The position numbers and the translations under genes were made by a program. Below the pieces are notes generated by a model. The model saw only the letters and a program-made list of their open reading frames with translations, searched no databases and was not told the origin of the DNA. Source: an uncultured Pseudomonadota bacterium (lineage in GTDB: Bacteria > Pseudomonadota > Gammaproteobacteria > Burkholderiales > SG8-39). Taken from it: a DNA stretch of 64,000 nt. Positions 37,934 to 49,766 of this stretch are shown piece by piece; position 1 is the stretch's first letter, and each line of letters starts with the position of its first letter. Location: positions 172,113 through 236,112 of the forward strand of contig CAWFPL010000008.1 in assembly GCA_963817785.1 (NCBI GenBank), read 5' to 3'.

Positions 37934-39495
37934 GTGCGAACTCCACAGTGATGGGTGACGACTACGCGCGAGCCCTCGACGACGAATTTGAGCGCCGTCG
38001 GACTAAGGCGCTGTCGATGGGTGGCCCGGAGAAGCTCGCCCGGAGAGCGAAGCCAGGCATTCTTGATGCGCGAGCCCGGATCGATCGCCTCTTTGACTCG
38101 GGCACTTTCACGGAATCGGGCCTTTTCAGCACCTCGATCCGTTCGCCGGAGGACGCCGAGCGCTCTCCCTGCGACGGCAAAATCACTGGCTACGGGCGAA
38201 TACAAAGCCGCTGGGTAGCTGTCGTGTCGAACGATTTCACCGCGATGGGCGCATCCAGCAGTGCAACGAACGTGCGCAAGATCGCGCACATGAAGCGCGT
38301 AGCTACGCAGCGCGGCATGCCGATGGTCTTTCTAGGTGAGTCCTCCGGCGCGCGCATGCCGGACACGATGGGCGCCCGCGGCATGGGGCTCGGCCTCGGC
38401 AATGATTCTGCCCAGTACCAGCGTATGCGCGAAACCCCCTGGGCGGCAGCAGTGCTAGGTATGTGCTACGGCTCGTCGTTTCTGTATACGTGCTGCTCGG
38501 ACTTTCGCGTGATCCGCAAGGGAGCGGTGATGGCGGTATCGAGCCCGCGGCTCATTGAGCTTGCGACAAACGAGAAGATCGATGCCGAGCAGTTGGGCGG
38601 CTGGCAGGTGCACACCGAAGTCACGGGCCTCATCGACATGGTAGTCGACAATGACGAGGATGCGATCGACGCGGTAAGGCGCTTTTTGTCTTACTTGCCC
38701 TCGAATCACAACGAGCCGCCTGCGGTGCATGCGATACCAGCCGGGTCAGGCGATGGCATGGCCGACATTTTGAATCTCGTGCCGTCGAATCGCACACAGG
38801 TCTACGACATGCGCAAAGTCATCGCCCGCATCGTCGACAAGGACAGCGTCTTTGAGCTCAAGCCGAGATTCGGCAAGGTACTGGTGACAGCGCTCGCGCG
38901 GCTCGGCGGGAAAAGCGTCGGCATCATTGCCAATAACCCGCTCTTCAAGGGGGGCGTTCTCGACACCGACGCGGCCGACAAAGCGATCTCTTTCATCGTG
39001 ATGTGCGACTCGTTCAACATCCCGATGGTGCTGCTCGTGGATACACCGGGATTCGCAATCGGCTCCGAAGCGGAAAAGAAGAAGGCCACGGGCAAGATCG
39101 TCAACTTTATGAATGCGCTGCAGCTCGTTACGGTGCCAAAGCTCTCCGTGATCATCCGCAAGACTTTCGGGCAGGCATACCTGAACATGGGTGGCGGCCG
39201 CAATTCCGACGAGGTTGCGGCCTGGCCCACCGCGGAGGTAAGTTTCATGACACCGCAGTTCGCGGTCACTATCGTCCATGGCACGCGGCCTGGCGACCCC
39301 GGCTTCGAGGAGCAGCTCGCCGAAATGGAGAAGGACAACAACGCCTACGAGATCGCGCGCACGTACGCCGTACAGAACGTGATCCGGCCGCAGGAGACGC
39401 GCGATTACCTGATCAAGATGCTCGACATCCACTCCCTTAAGCTCTCTGGCGGGATCGGTCAGCACCTGATGCGCGGCTGGCCTACCAGTTACTAG
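37930..39495 (+). CDS. Acyl-CoA carboxylase carboxyltransferase subunit
   Basis: ARARIDRLFD, ESSGARM, DTPGF, AAWPTAEV. Confidence 0.9.
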   Translation: MSANSTVMGDDYARALDDEFERRRTKALSMGGPEKLARRAKPGILDARARIDRLFDSGTFTESGLFSTSIRSPEDAERSPCDGKITGYGRIQSRWVAVVSNDFTAMGASSSATNVRKIAHMKRVATQRGMPMVFLGESSGARMPDTMGARGMGLGLGNDSAQYQRMRETPWAAAVLGMCYGSSFLYTCCSDFRVIRKGAVMAVSSPRLIELATNEKIDAEQLGGWQVHTEVTGLIDMVVDNDEDAIDAVRRFLSYLPSNHNEPPAVHAIPAGSGDGMADILNLVPSNRTQVYDMRKVIARIVDKDSVFELKPRFGKVLVTALARLGGKSVGIIANNPLFKGGVLDTDAADKAISFIVMCDSFNIPMVLLVDTPGFAIGSEAEKKKATGKIVNFMNALQLVTVPKLSVIIRKTFGQAYLNMGGGRNSDEVAAWPTAEVSFMTPQFAVTIVHGTRPGDPGFEEQLAEMEKDNNAYEIARTYAVQNVIRPQETRDYLIKMLDIHSLKLSGGIGQHLMRGWPTSY

Positions 39496-39590
39496 GATGA
39501 AACAACATTCTAAGCGATTGAATTCAGGTCACATCGGACCGGCGTGTTTCATTCGACGCGGGTTGCGCACCGCACAGTGGGGCAACTGAT

Positions 39591-39923
39591 ATGTTCTTCA
39601 ATGCCGTTCTCGTCGCTAACCGCGTGCGCCGCGCGCCACGCGGCAAAGATGTTCACGTCGAGAACGCCCACCGCGAGCGCAACCCCATCGCGCCTCGCTA
39701 CGACTCGATTATCGCCAAGGTGATTGCGCGTGGACCTACGCACGACGAGGCCATTGAGCGGCTCGACTACGCGTTCGTCGCGTTCGAGATCATAGGGGTG
39801 AAGATCACCGTCCCGGCGGAGCGCATGGTGCTCGCAGCCGAGCCGTTCCGCGAAGACTGGGTGCAGTCGCGGCCGAAGCAGGAATGCTTTGCTGCCACCT
39901 GCGCCGCGAGGGTCGCCCCGTGA
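39591..39923 (+). pseudogene. Biotin carboxylase remnant (N-terminus fused to C-terminus)
   Basis: VLVANR followed almost directly by PRYDSIIAKVIARG. Confidence 0.7.
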
Positions 39924-41494
39924 GCGCTGTGTCTCCCTGGGACCCGGAGATCGACGAGTTACGTCAGCGCCGCCTTTGGGCGGATGGCCTGGGCGGTCCC
40001 GAAGCTGTGGCCAAGCATATGGCGGGCGGCCGGCTCACTATACGTGGACGCATCGAGCAGCTTGCCGACCCCGGGTCGTTCCGTGAGGTGGGCAAATTGA
40101 CAGGTACCGGACAATACACTGGTCCCAAGGTCGAGCGCGTAGTGCCTGCACCGTACGTAATGGGAATTGCGAAGATCCGCGGGCGTCCCGTCGCGATCGG
40201 CGGCGAGGATTTTACGGTTCGTGGCGGAACTAGCTGGGGCAGCGACAGGCGTAAGGGTGGGCAGGGAGGATTCATCGAGGACTTTGCGGCCAACTACCGC
40301 ATACCGCTCGTTAACCTGATCGACGGCTCCGGAGGCAGTGTGGCTTCGATCAAGAAGCGGGGCCACGCCGTATTCCCTGGTGTGCATGGTTTTGAGAAGT
40401 CTGTGGAGTTAATGGGCATCGTCCCGGTTGTGAGCGCCGTGATGGGGGTGGCCGCGGGCGGACCAGCGGGACGCGCGATCCTCGCGCACTGGTCGGTGAT
40501 GGTGAACGGCCAGAGCCAGGTGTTCGCGGCCGGGCCGCCGATTGTGGAGCGCGCGCTTGGCCTCAAGGTGACGCGCGAGGCGCTGGGCGGCTCAAAAATG
40601 GCGGTGGAGTCGGGCGGCACCATCGACAACGCCGCAGCCTCCGAGCAGGAATGCCTACGCATGGTCGCGGATTTTCTCTCGTATCTGCCGCAGAACGTGT
40701 GGGAAATGCCGCCGATCATGCCGTGCGACGACCCCATTGATCGCCGCGACGAGGGGCTTGCCACGATTATTCCGCGCAATCGCCGCAAGCCCTATGACAT
40801 GCGCCGCATCATGCGGGGCGTCTTCGACGTTGATTCGCTTTTCGAGATCCAGCCTTGGTGGGGCAAGGGCGTGATCACGTGCTTTGCGCGCCTCGCTGGC
40901 CGCCCCGTCGGCGTAGTCGCCAACAACCCGATGGTGTACGCGGGCGCCATGGATGCGCGCTCGGCGCGCAAGCAGGGTCACTTCGTCGAGCTATGCGACA
41001 CCTTTCACGTGCCGCTCATCTACCTCGTCGATCAACCGGGTTTTCTTGTCGGTCCCGAAGCCGAAGCTGCCGGAACCCTGCGCGATGGCATGCGCGCCGT
41101 GTATATCGGCATGCAGGCGACGGTGCCCGCACTAACCCTCGTGGTGCGTAAGTGCTATGGAATGGCTGGCATGGCGGCGTGCGACAAGGCAGGCATTAAC
41201 TTCAAGATCGCTTGGCCAAGCGCCGAAATCGGAAACCTGCCTGTCCAGGGCGGCGCGCGAGCTGCATTTCGGCGCGAGATAGAGGCGGCAGCCGATCCGG
41301 CAGCCCGTGAGGCGGAAATTGAGGCCGAGCTCGCTGCCCTGTGCTCGCCTTTTCGCATGGCCGAGGCCTTCGCCGTCGAAGACATCATCGATCCGCGCGA
41401 GACCCGGGCGTACTTGGCAAGCTTCATCGAGACTGCATATTCGACCTTGCCCACGAAGCTAGGGCCTAAGCCGCGATACGGCGTGCGTCCTTGA
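39920..41494 (+). CDS. Second acyl-CoA carboxylase carboxyltransferase subunit
   Basis: GRLTIRGRI, EDFTVRGG, DQPGF, DIIDPRETR. Confidence 0.9.
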   Translation: MSAVSPWDPEIDELRQRRLWADGLGGPEAVAKHMAGGRLTIRGRIEQLADPGSFREVGKLTGTGQYTGPKVERVVPAPYVMGIAKIRGRPVAIGGEDFTVRGGTSWGSDRRKGGQGGFIEDFAANYRIPLVNLIDGSGGSVASIKKRGHAVFPGVHGFEKSVELMGIVPVVSAVMGVAAGGPAGRAILAHWSVMVNGQSQVFAAGPPIVERALGLKVTREALGGSKMAVESGGTIDNAAASEQECLRMVADFLSYLPQNVWEMPPIMPCDDPIDRRDEGLATIIPRNRRKPYDMRRIMRGVFDVDSLFEIQPWWGKGVITCFARLAGRPVGVVANNPMVYAGAMDARSARKQGHFVELCDTFHVPLIYLVDQPGFLVGPEAEAAGTLRDGMRAVYIGMQATVPALTLVVRKCYGMAGMAACDKAGINFKIAWPSAEIGNLPVQGGARAAFRREIEAAADPAAREAEIEAELAALCSPFRMAEAFAVEDIIDPRETRAYLASFIETAYSTLPTKLGPKPRYGVRP

Positions 41495-41505
41495 TTGGAG
41501 AGCCG

Positions 41506-42939
41506 ATGGCCGCTATCCCGAAACCGCAACGCGGCGCCACTCCTGTTACCCTCGCTGAGCGCCTCGTCGACCAGTGGTACTCGATCGACAACCGCGCGAT
41601 TCCGAACGACGTACTGGCGCGGGCCGCACTCTGCGTGAAGGACACGCTCGGGGTAGCGATTGCTGCTCGCACGGTAGGTGTGGGAATGGCGGCAACCCGA
41701 ATGGCGCTTGAGGCCGGAGGTCCGGAGCACGCTGCACTTTGGGGCGCAGGCCGCGCGGTGTCGGCCGAGGACGCTGCGCTCGCCAACGGTATGCTCGCGC
41801 ACGCGCTTGATTTCGACGACACCCACGCAGCAGCGATCGTGCATTCGAGCTCGGTAATCGTTCCGGTGGCGCTTGCCCTGGGCGAAGCGGTTAAGGCGCC
41901 AGGGCGCGAAATCCTTGCCGCGCTGATCGTCGGTTACCAGGTGGCCGCGCGTCTCGGGCGACTCGCGCCCGGACCCTTCCAGGACAATGGCTTCCAGGCA
42001 ACCTCAGTACTGGGAACCTTCGCGGCGGCCACCGTAGCCGCGCGCCTTCTGAAGCTCACGCCTGGTGACGCGGTGCATGCGCTCGGCACGGCGGGCAGCA
42101 TGGCATCGGGACTGATGGCGTATCTCTCTGACGGCAGCGATGTGAAGCAAATGCATCCTGGATGGGCAGCCATGTCGGGTATCCGGGCGGCGCGCCTCGC
42201 GATGGCGGGCTTCCGCGGACCGAGTGCAGTGTTTGAGTACAAGCTCGGCGTGTTCAAGTCGTTTGCCCGGGTGGATATCTCGGATAAGTGGCAGGCGGCT
42301 GACGGCGCGCCATGGGAAGTCGAGCTTATGGCGCCCAAGCCTTACCCGGCGTGCCTCTGTGTGCACGCGCCAGTGCAGGCGATCCTCAAGTTGCGCGAGG
42401 CGGGCAAGATCTCGCCCGAACGCGCAAGCGAAATCGTGAACATCCATTGCGACGCGCCGAGTTGGTACGTGGACTTGGTCTTTGAGCCGACGGCAACAAA
42501 GACTGCGCCGCGCACAGCCTACGAAGCGCGCTTCAGTGCGCAGTGGACCATGGCGCGCGCGCTGCTCGATGGCCGCCTCGACGTTTGGAGCTTCGGTCCC
42601 GAGAAGCTCGCAGACCCTGCGGCCCTTACGCTCGCTGCCCGAACCACCTACAAAGTCGAGGCGCTTCCTGAGTTCCCCGCTTCGTTTCCGGCGCGCGTGA
42701 CGGTGACGTTGCTTTCCGGTAAGAAGCACACCGAGTACGTGGCCCATAACCTTGGCACCCCGGGCAATCCCATGAGCGCCGGGGACATCGCCCGCAAGTT
42801 CGCCTCATGCGCTATCCCGGGTCTCGGCCCGCAACACGCCGCCGAGCTTTCTGGACTCACCGATTCATTGGCAGAACACGAGGGATCAGCCCGCCTATTT
42901 CATCTGCTGCGCCGCCTCGAGATTGCGACACCCCGCTAA
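41506..42939 (+). CDS. MmgE/PrpD family protein
   Basis: AALANGMLAHALDFDDTH, KQMHPG, KPYPAC, GTPGNPMS. Confidence 0.9.
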   Translation: MAAIPKPQRGATPVTLAERLVDQWYSIDNRAIPNDVLARAALCVKDTLGVAIAARTVGVGMAATRMALEAGGPEHAALWGAGRAVSAEDAALANGMLAHALDFDDTHAAAIVHSSSVIVPVALALGEAVKAPGREILAALIVGYQVAARLGRLAPGPFQDNGFQATSVLGTFAAATVAARLLKLTPGDAVHALGTAGSMASGLMAYLSDGSDVKQMHPGWAAMSGIRAARLAMAGFRGPSAVFEYKLGVFKSFARVDISDKWQAADGAPWEVELMAPKPYPACLCVHAPVQAILKLREAGKISPERASEIVNIHCDAPSWYVDLVFEPTATKTAPRTAYEARFSAQWTMARALLDGRLDVWSFGPEKLADPAALTLAARTTYKVEALPEFPASFPARVTVTLLSGKKHTEYVAHNLGTPGNPMSAGDIARKFASCAIPGLGPQHAAELSGLTDSLAEHEGSARLFHLLRRLEIATPR

Positions 42940-42961
42940 CAAACTATAACAGGAGGAGCCT

Positions 42962-43972
42962 ATGCAAAAACAGTTTCGCACCATTGCCGCCGGTCTCGCA
43001 CTTACGCTCGGGATCGCGCTACCCGCTGCCGCTGCCACTGTCCAGGTCGCCGAAGGCCTCACCATCGAGACGAATCCGAAGGTCACCGGCACCTATGAGT
43101 TCGCTCACGGCTACGGCCTGATCTATGGTCCGATGCCGGTCGCTCGGGAGCTCGGTATCGTCGAGAAGATGTTCCCCAACGCAAAGATCGAATGGCAAAG
43201 AATTTTCACGACGCCCCAGCAGCGCGACGCCATGCTCGCCGGACGGCTCGATTTCGGCTCGTGCACTCCGGGACCTTACCTGCAGGCATGGGATAAGGGT
43301 GTTGACTGGAAATGGCTCCAGACCACGTCCGGGTTCGACGGTTACTTGATGGTACGCCCCAATGGTCCCAATAGCGTGCTCGATTTCTTGGGAACCTCGA
43401 AGACACTTTCACCCGGTCCGAATACGGCGCAATACTTCACTGTCCAGGAAATTCTGCGACGCGCCGGCAAGGATGTGCATGCGCTCGACCGGAACTGGGT
43501 CAACTTGCCGCACCCCGATGCGATGCAGGCGCTCATCGCCGGCCAGCTCGATGGGCACTTCGCGACCGCGGACTTCGCCCTGCGCCTTGAGGAGCTGCAC
43601 ATGAAAAAGATCGCATCGTTCAAGGACGTGTGGGGATCGCTCTATGCCGTCGGGGCCTGCGCGCTGACCAAGACGATTCGGGAGCACCCCGATGTCGCCA
43701 GCGGTTACGCGCTTGCGTTGCGCAAAGTGGTCGCCTGGATGAAGGCCTATCCAGAAAACGCAGCCGAGATGATGAGCAAATCGACTGACAACAAGGAGTC
43801 CGCGGCCAACTTCTTGAAATACATGAAGTCGACGACGTATGACAGCTATACGCAGAATGCGGGCCTGAAAGTCCAGGCGGAGGCGATGAAGGCCTTGGGT
43901 GCGATCCACCGCGTGCCGAAGGGGCCGGAGGATTTCTACGCTTATCCCGCCGAGGCAGGGCCAAATTGGTAG
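42962..43972 (+). CDS. ABC transporter substrate-binding protein (NitT/TauT type)
   Basis: Signal peptide; DAMLAGRLDF; LPHPDAMQALIAG. Confidence 0.85.
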   Translation: MQKQFRTIAAGLALTLGIALPAAAATVQVAEGLTIETNPKVTGTYEFAHGYGLIYGPMPVARELGIVEKMFPNAKIEWQRIFTTPQQRDAMLAGRLDFGSCTPGPYLQAWDKGVDWKWLQTTSGFDGYLMVRPNGPNSVLDFLGTSKTLSPGPNTAQYFTVQEILRRAGKDVHALDRNWVNLPHPDAMQALIAGQLDGHFATADFALRLEELHMKKIASFKDVWGSLYAVGACALTKTIREHPDVASGYALALRKVVAWMKAYPENAAEMMSKSTDNKESAANFLKYMKSTTYDSYTQNAGLKVQAEAMKALGAIHRVPKGPEDFYAYPAEAGPNW

Positions 43973-44796
43973 CAGTGTTGCAGCGGATGCGTCCTGATAA
44001 CCGACTGGCATCGCAACCGAAGGGCCAGGGGGATCTCCTGGCGATGGATCACGTGTCTATCGCGTTCCCCGGCTCTCGCGGGCGTGGTCGGGTTGTCGCA
44101 GTCGAAGACGTGTCCTTCTCGATCCGGCGTGGCGAGAAATTCGTGATTCTCGGGCCTTCAGGCTGTGGAAAGTCCACGCTGCTCACGGCCATCGGCGGCT
44201 TCATCCCGGTGGCGGGTGGTGAGATCAGCGTGGACGGCAAAGTGGTGAAGAGACCGTCAATGAACCGCGTCCTGGTGTTTCAGGACTTCGGCCAGCTGTT
44301 GCCTTGGCGCACCGTTACCGCCAACGTCGCGTGGGCATTGGGCAAGCGCTGGCCGAAAATGCCGGCGGCGGAACGCAGGACGCGGGCGCGGGAATACGTT
44401 CAGCTAGTGGGCCTAGGTCCACAAGCCGAGCAATATCCTAGCACCCTGTCCGGGGGACAGAAGCAGCGGTGCGCCATCGCGCGTGCGTTCGCAGTGCAAC
44501 CGGAGATCCTGCTCATGGACGAGCCGTTCGGCGCACTGGACGCGATCAACCGCGAGCGGATGCAGTCTGAGCTCAACGCCGTCTGGGCGGCGCAAAGCGA
44601 GCGCGTCACCATCGCTTTCGTGACCCATGACGTAAACGAGGCGGTGCACCTGGGACACCGCATTATGGTGATGAGCCGCGGGCCGGGAAGGCTTCGCGCC
44701 CTCATCGACAACCCGAGCGTCGGCAGCCCACCGCATGATGCTACCGCGCTTAAACTCGTGGGTGAACTGCGCGACCTCCTCAAGGATCCCTCCTGA
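43966..44796 (+). CDS. ABC transporter ATP-binding protein
   Basis: GPSGCGKS, LSGGQKQR, LLMDEPFGALD. Confidence 0.92.
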   Translation: MVAVLQRMRPDNRLASQPKGQGDLLAMDHVSIAFPGSRGRGRVVAVEDVSFSIRRGEKFVILGPSGCGKSTLLTAIGGFIPVAGGEISVDGKVVKRPSMNRVLVFQDFGQLLPWRTVTANVAWALGKRWPKMPAAERRTRAREYVQLVGLGPQAEQYPSTLSGGQKQRCAIARAFAVQPEILLMDEPFGALDAINRERMQSELNAVWAAQSERVTIAFVTHDVNEAVHLGHRIMVMSRGPGRLRALIDNPSVGSPPHDATALKLVGELRDLLKDPS

Positions 44797-45635
44797 TGGC
44801 GTCCGTCGATATATCCGCTAACCCCGCCCGGGGCAACGCGTTTCTTACGCAACTGCTTAACGCCGACGCGCTGAAGAAGTTGCTGGTGCTGGTGTTGCTC
44901 TGCGCCGCTTGGGAGGGGACGGTGCGGATTTTCAACGTCAACAAGCTCCTGTTCCCGCCATTAACAGATGTGGCCGTGCGACTCGTGCGAGGACTTGGCA
45001 TCGGCGGTCGCGGTGAGCTCTGGGGTTATATCTGGCAGACGCTTTCGGTCATCCTTGAGTCGTTCGCGATTAGTATCGTGCTCGCCATTGTGTTGACGGG
45101 TCTCGCCGTCAGTAGCGGCTGGATGCGCCAGATCTTGAGCGTCATGACCGGTGTTTTCCAGCCGCTGCCGTCAATCGCCCTCCTGCCCATGGCGATCCTG
45201 TGGTTCGGCTTTTCCCGAGAGTCAGTGGTGTTTGTCGTCGTCATGGCAATGATCTGGCCCATTGCCTCGTCACTCACTGTGGGCTTCGCGACGATCTCGC
45301 CGACGCTGCTTCGACTGGGGCGAAATTACGAGCTTGGCCGTGTGACCATGATGACCGAGATCCTGCTACCGGCAGCGCTGCCGATGATGATTTCCGGGCT
45401 GCGCATAGGTTGGGGGTTCGGCTGGCGCACGGTCGTTGCGGCTGAGCTTGTCTTCGGCGCAACGGGTACCGGCGGTGGTATCGGCTGGTTCATCAACAAC
45501 AGCCGTCTCTTTATGAACATAAGCGACGGCTTTGCCGGTATTCTGCTTGTAATCATTGTGGGCTTACTTACCGAAAGCATCTTCCGACTACTGCAGTACT
45601 TCACCACCCACAAGTGGGGCATCGAGAGTTTCTGA
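44796..45635 (+). CDS. ABC transporter permease
   Basis: Multiple TM, QPLPSIALLP, WRTVVAAEL. Confidence 0.9.
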   Translation: MASVDISANPARGNAFLTQLLNADALKKLLVLVLLCAAWEGTVRIFNVNKLLFPPLTDVAVRLVRGLGIGGRGELWGYIWQTLSVILESFAISIVLAIVLTGLAVSSGWMRQILSVMTGVFQPLPSIALLPMAILWFGFSRESVVFVVVMAMIWPIASSLTVGFATISPTLLRLGRNYELGRVTMMTEILLPAALPMMISGLRIGWGFGWRTVVAAELVFGATGTGGGIGWFINNSRLFMNISDGFAGILLVIIVGLLTESIFRLLQYFTTHKWGIESF

Positions 45636-45950
45636 GCGATGGCGCGGCTTCGCAAGAGCCGTGCTAAGTATGGTGTGGGTGCCCTATGCCTCAGTGCGCC
45701 AGTTTCAGCAACGCGGGCTGCAGGACTGCTCGGAACTGATCGGTCGAGTACCAGCCGTCGGCGATAGCTACGGTTAGGGATTCAATGCGCCGTAAGAGTA
45801 TGTGGGCTCAGGGCGTCGAGAACTGTGCGCCCGAAATTGCGCGCCTCATCTAAGCCCGCCATCGCCGAGAGAATCGTCCGGACCACTTCGACTTCGGGCG
45901 CTTCCGTACTGCCCGCCAAAGCGCCGAGTCGCTTGCATCTTTGCAGCAAT

Positions 45951-47566
45951 TGACCTGCCCCCCCTAAGTGGGCATTTCCATAAATATGGCAATGTATATA
46001 TTTGCCAGTTACGGCGGCGTATGGCGTCTTCACGGCGGACGATCACCGGGAGGTACGCATGCCGAGAAAGAGTCCATTTAGCATCGATCTCACGCGGAAC
46101 GAGGCAATCGAGTTACACCGCAGAGCAAACAAGTATACGTTGCCGTACTTCGAGGTCGTTCGAGCCAGGATGATCCTGATGGCGGCCGATGGGTTGGGCA
46201 ACGATGAGATCGCCGCGCGACTGGACACGGGCCGGGACGTGGTCAGCCAATGGCGCAAGCGCTTCTTCAAGGAGCGATTGGCGGGGCTCGAAGAACGATC
46301 CCGCCCGGGGCGCCCCCGGGCCTTTCCCCCCAGAGCTCAGCGTTGAGGTCAAGGCGCTGGCATGCGAGTTGCCGTGCACGCTGGGGGTGCCGCTGTCACG
46401 GCTGAGCGTGGCCGACGTGCGCCAGCAGGTCGAGCAACGCGGGCTGGTGGCGCGCATCAGTGACAGCACGATCTGGCGCTGGCTGCATGAGGACGCTATC
46501 CGGCCCTGGCAGCACCGCTTGCTGGATCTTCCCGCGCGATCCCGAGTTCCAGGTCAAGGCCGCTCGCATCCTTGATCTGTACGAGCGCCGCTGGCAGGGG
46601 CAGCGCTTGCGCGACGATGAGTTCGTCGTCTCCACCGACGAGAAGACCAGCATCCAGGCGCGCATCCGCATTCACCCGAGCCTGCCACCGCGGTCGACGC
46701 GACCGATGCGCATCGAACACGAGTACGCCCGCGGCGGCGCGTGGGCCTATCTGGCCGCGCTCGATGTGCATCGCGCCAAGGTGTTCGGACGCTGTGAGCC
46801 CACCACCGGCATCGCGCCGTTTGCGCGACTGGTCGATCAAGTCATGCGCCAGTGGCCCTACCGCGAAGCCCGCCGGGTCTTCTGGATCATGGACAACGGC
46901 TCCTCGCACCGCGGCGAGGCCTCGGTGCAACGGCTGACACAGGCGCACCCCCGGCTGGTGCCGGTGCACGGCCCCGTGCACGCGAGCTGGCTCACCCAGA
47001 TCGAGATCTACTTCTCCATCGTCCAGCGCAAGGTGCTCACGCCCAATGACTTCCCCGACCTGCAGGCCATCGCGCAGCGGCTGGCCGACTTCGAACGCTA
47101 CTACGAAAGCATCGCGCACCCGTTCGAGTGGAAGTTCACGCGCGCGGACCTCAACGCCTTGCTCGCCCGCATGCGCTGGCGCTATGCGCATGCCCAGCCC
47201 CTCAAGCTGGCGGCTTGAAAATACGTGGTCGAACTTCTGAAGTGGAGTACTAAGACGCTACCAGGAGGAAGTTAGTAAAGTCGGTTTTCGGAGGAGAAGA
47301 CGGGCATGAAGAAGACGCGTTTTACGGAGCAACAGATCATCGGGTTTCTGAAGGAGGCCGAGGCCGGGATGCCAGTCAAGGAGCTTTGCCGGAAGCACGG
47401 TTTCAGCGACGCGGCGTTTCTATGGCTGGCGCTCGAAATACGGGGGTCTGCAGGTCAATGAGGCCAGGCGGTTACGGGAGCTCGAAGCCGAGAACGCGAA
47501 GCTGAGGAAGCTCTTGGCGGAGGCGCACCTGGACGTAGAGGCGCTCAAGGTCGCCTTCGGGGTAAA
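45951..47566 (+). mobile_element. IS3-family remnant: left end and frameshifted orfA (47306-47566), split by IS630
   Basis: TGACCTGCCCCC end; MKKTRFTEQQIIGFLKEAEAG...RLRELEAENAKL; orfB absent. Confidence 0.75.
45967..47250 (+). mobile_element. IS630-family element (second type), transposase 46059-47218 in three frames
   Basis: DEKTSIQAR, EHEYARGG, MDNGSSH, HASWL.QIEIYF; CTAAG at both flanks; ends approximate. Confidence 0.8.
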
Positions 47567-49060
47567 GGGCGGAGTTTCAGCGTTAGTTGGACACTTGAGT
47601 TTCAGCGTTAGTTGGACACCGAGTGCTCGAAAGACATTGCGCGGGGGAAATGGAGGGAGCCCGTAGGGCGACCGGAATTTCCCCCGCGCGGCAACTCGCG
47701 CGCTCGGGGCTGCGGGTCGCCGGATTAGCCCCCCCTGCTTCGTAGCGCGTGCTCGCTTGCTGTAGCGTTCTCGGATTTCGATAGGTGAGTGCGATGGCTA
47801 AAAACATTCGGTCGAACAACGCCGCCACCAGCTCGTTCAGGCGGTTCGCTCGGGGCGAAGCTTGCGCTCGGTAGCGACGCAATTCGGGGTCAGCCGTGGC
47901 GCGGTGGCCTACTGGGTTTCGCATGCCCTCGGTAGACGCATTGACCGAGTGCCGTTCGCTAACCGCAAGCCCGGCAGGGCCTCTAACCGCACGCCTGCGC
48001 GGCTGGAACGGCTCATCTTGAGCACGCGCCGTGCGCTGCGGGACAAAAGCGTCTTGGGCGAGACGGGCCCCAGGCCATCAGCTTGGCCCTGCAGCACAAC
48101 CGTACTGCCGAGCAGCTGCCGTCGCGCATCACCATCTACCGAGTGCTTGCGCGTCACGGGGTACTCGATGGCGTGCATCGGCAACGCCGGCCGGCACCGC
48201 CCAAGGGCTGGTATCTGCCCGATCTGGCCGCGGGACAAGCCGAGCTCGACAGCTTCGATTTCATCGTGGAGCTCAAGATCGCTGCAGGACCCCTTGTCGA
48301 TGTGCTCACCGGCACCAGCCTGCACGGCGCACTGGCCGAGGCCTGGGTCATGCAGCGGCCCAGCGCACGGGCCACGCTGCAAGCCCTGCTTGAGCGCTGG
48401 CGCCGCGAGGGGCTGCCCACCTACGCGCAGTTTGACAACGACACGATCTTCCAGGGAGCCCACCAGTTCGCCGACACCGTCGGGCGTATCACCAGGCTGT
48501 GTCTGGCACTGGGAGTGGTCCCGGTGTTCGCCCCACCGCGCGAGCCGGGCTTCCAGAACGCCATCGAAGGCTTCAATGCCCTGTGGCAAAGCAAGGTCTG
48601 GCAGCGCCACCGCTGCCCCGATGTCGAAGCCTTGGCGGCTGTCTCCGCACGTTACATCGCGGCCTATCGCGCCAAGACTGCTACCCGCCGGGAAACCGCC
48701 CCCAGGCGGCGCAGCTTCCCCAAAGGCTTCAAGCTCAACCTCGGCACCCCACTCAAGGGAACCATGATCTTCCTGCGTCGCAGCGATGATCACGGCAGCG
48801 TTCATCTGCTCGGCAGAGCCCTCCCTGTCGCTCAACATTGGCCTCATCGGCTCGTTCGCTGCGAAGTTGACTTCACGCATCAGCGCATCCGCTTTTACGC
48901 ACTACGCCGACGTGACCCCGCTCGCCAACCGCTGCTACGTGAGCTTGCATACCCTCGCCCAAAAAAACCATTCCAAGGCAAACCATGAGTGTCCAAACAA
49001 CGCTGAAACTTTGTCACATCGACGTCAAAAAAGTGTCCAACTAACGCTGAAACTCGCCCC
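47567..49060 (+). mobile_element. DDE insertion sequence (IS481-like, family uncertain), frameshifted transposase ~47790-48988
   Basis: Repeated IR GAGTTTCAGCGTTAGTTGGACAC at both ends; HTH, QFDND, QNAIEGFN. Confidence 0.7.
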
Positions 49061-49372
49061 ACTCCGCATAAGCATGATGCGTTTCCAAGGCGATTCCCAA
49101 GGAGGAGGAGGTCATGTTTGAGAAGTTTTTCGATTCATCTGCGGATGGTCTGGCGCGTGTGCGCACCCTGCAATCTGGCGCCTTCGTCCTTACTCAGGGC
49201 CGACGAAGCGCCGACGCAACGCAGGTTCGGCGTGTACGAAGTCTGTGCCTAATGTGCCACCTCTGACCGAGCGCCGGTCGCTTCCCTTCGCCCCACAAGT
49301 GCAAGGCTGTCCACTATCAAAGCGTTGCTGCGCGAAGAAGTCGCGCTGCTTGATTCCAATTCGCTAGCGACC

Positions 49373-49732
49373 TTATCTTCCCACGTCGCTTCCCAAGTCG
49401 CGAATGAAGCGGTTGTTCTTGTCGACCAGAATGATCCTGGGATTGAGCGGACGGTCAGTTAGTTCAAAACCCATAATGATGATTTGCTCGCCGGCCTTAA
49501 TAAGATGTGCCGCCGCGCCGTTCATGCAAATATTGCCAGATGCTGGCATGCCTGCAATAGTGTAAGTCTCAAGTCTCGCGCCGGTGGTATTGCTCACCAC
49601 CATCACCTTTTCACCAACCCAGAGGCCCGCACGTTCCATCAGGTCGGCGTCGATGGTGATGCTTCCTATATAGGCGACGTTCGCTTCAGTTACCGTAGCG
49701 TTGTGAATCTTGGATCGGATAGCGAAGCGCAT
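49373..49732 (-). CDS. panD: Aspartate 1-decarboxylase
   Basis: SKIHNATVT..YIGSITID cleavage motif, GARLETY, CMNGAAAH. Confidence 0.92.
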   Translation of the reverse strand: MRFAIRSKIHNATVTEANVAYIGSITIDADLMERAGLWVGEKVMVVSNTTGARLETYTIAGMPASGNICMNGAAAHLIKAGEQIIIMGFELTDRPLNPRIILVDKNNRFIRDLGSDVGR

Positions 49733-49766
49733 ACAAAATACGATAAGAGATTACTCAGCAAGACTA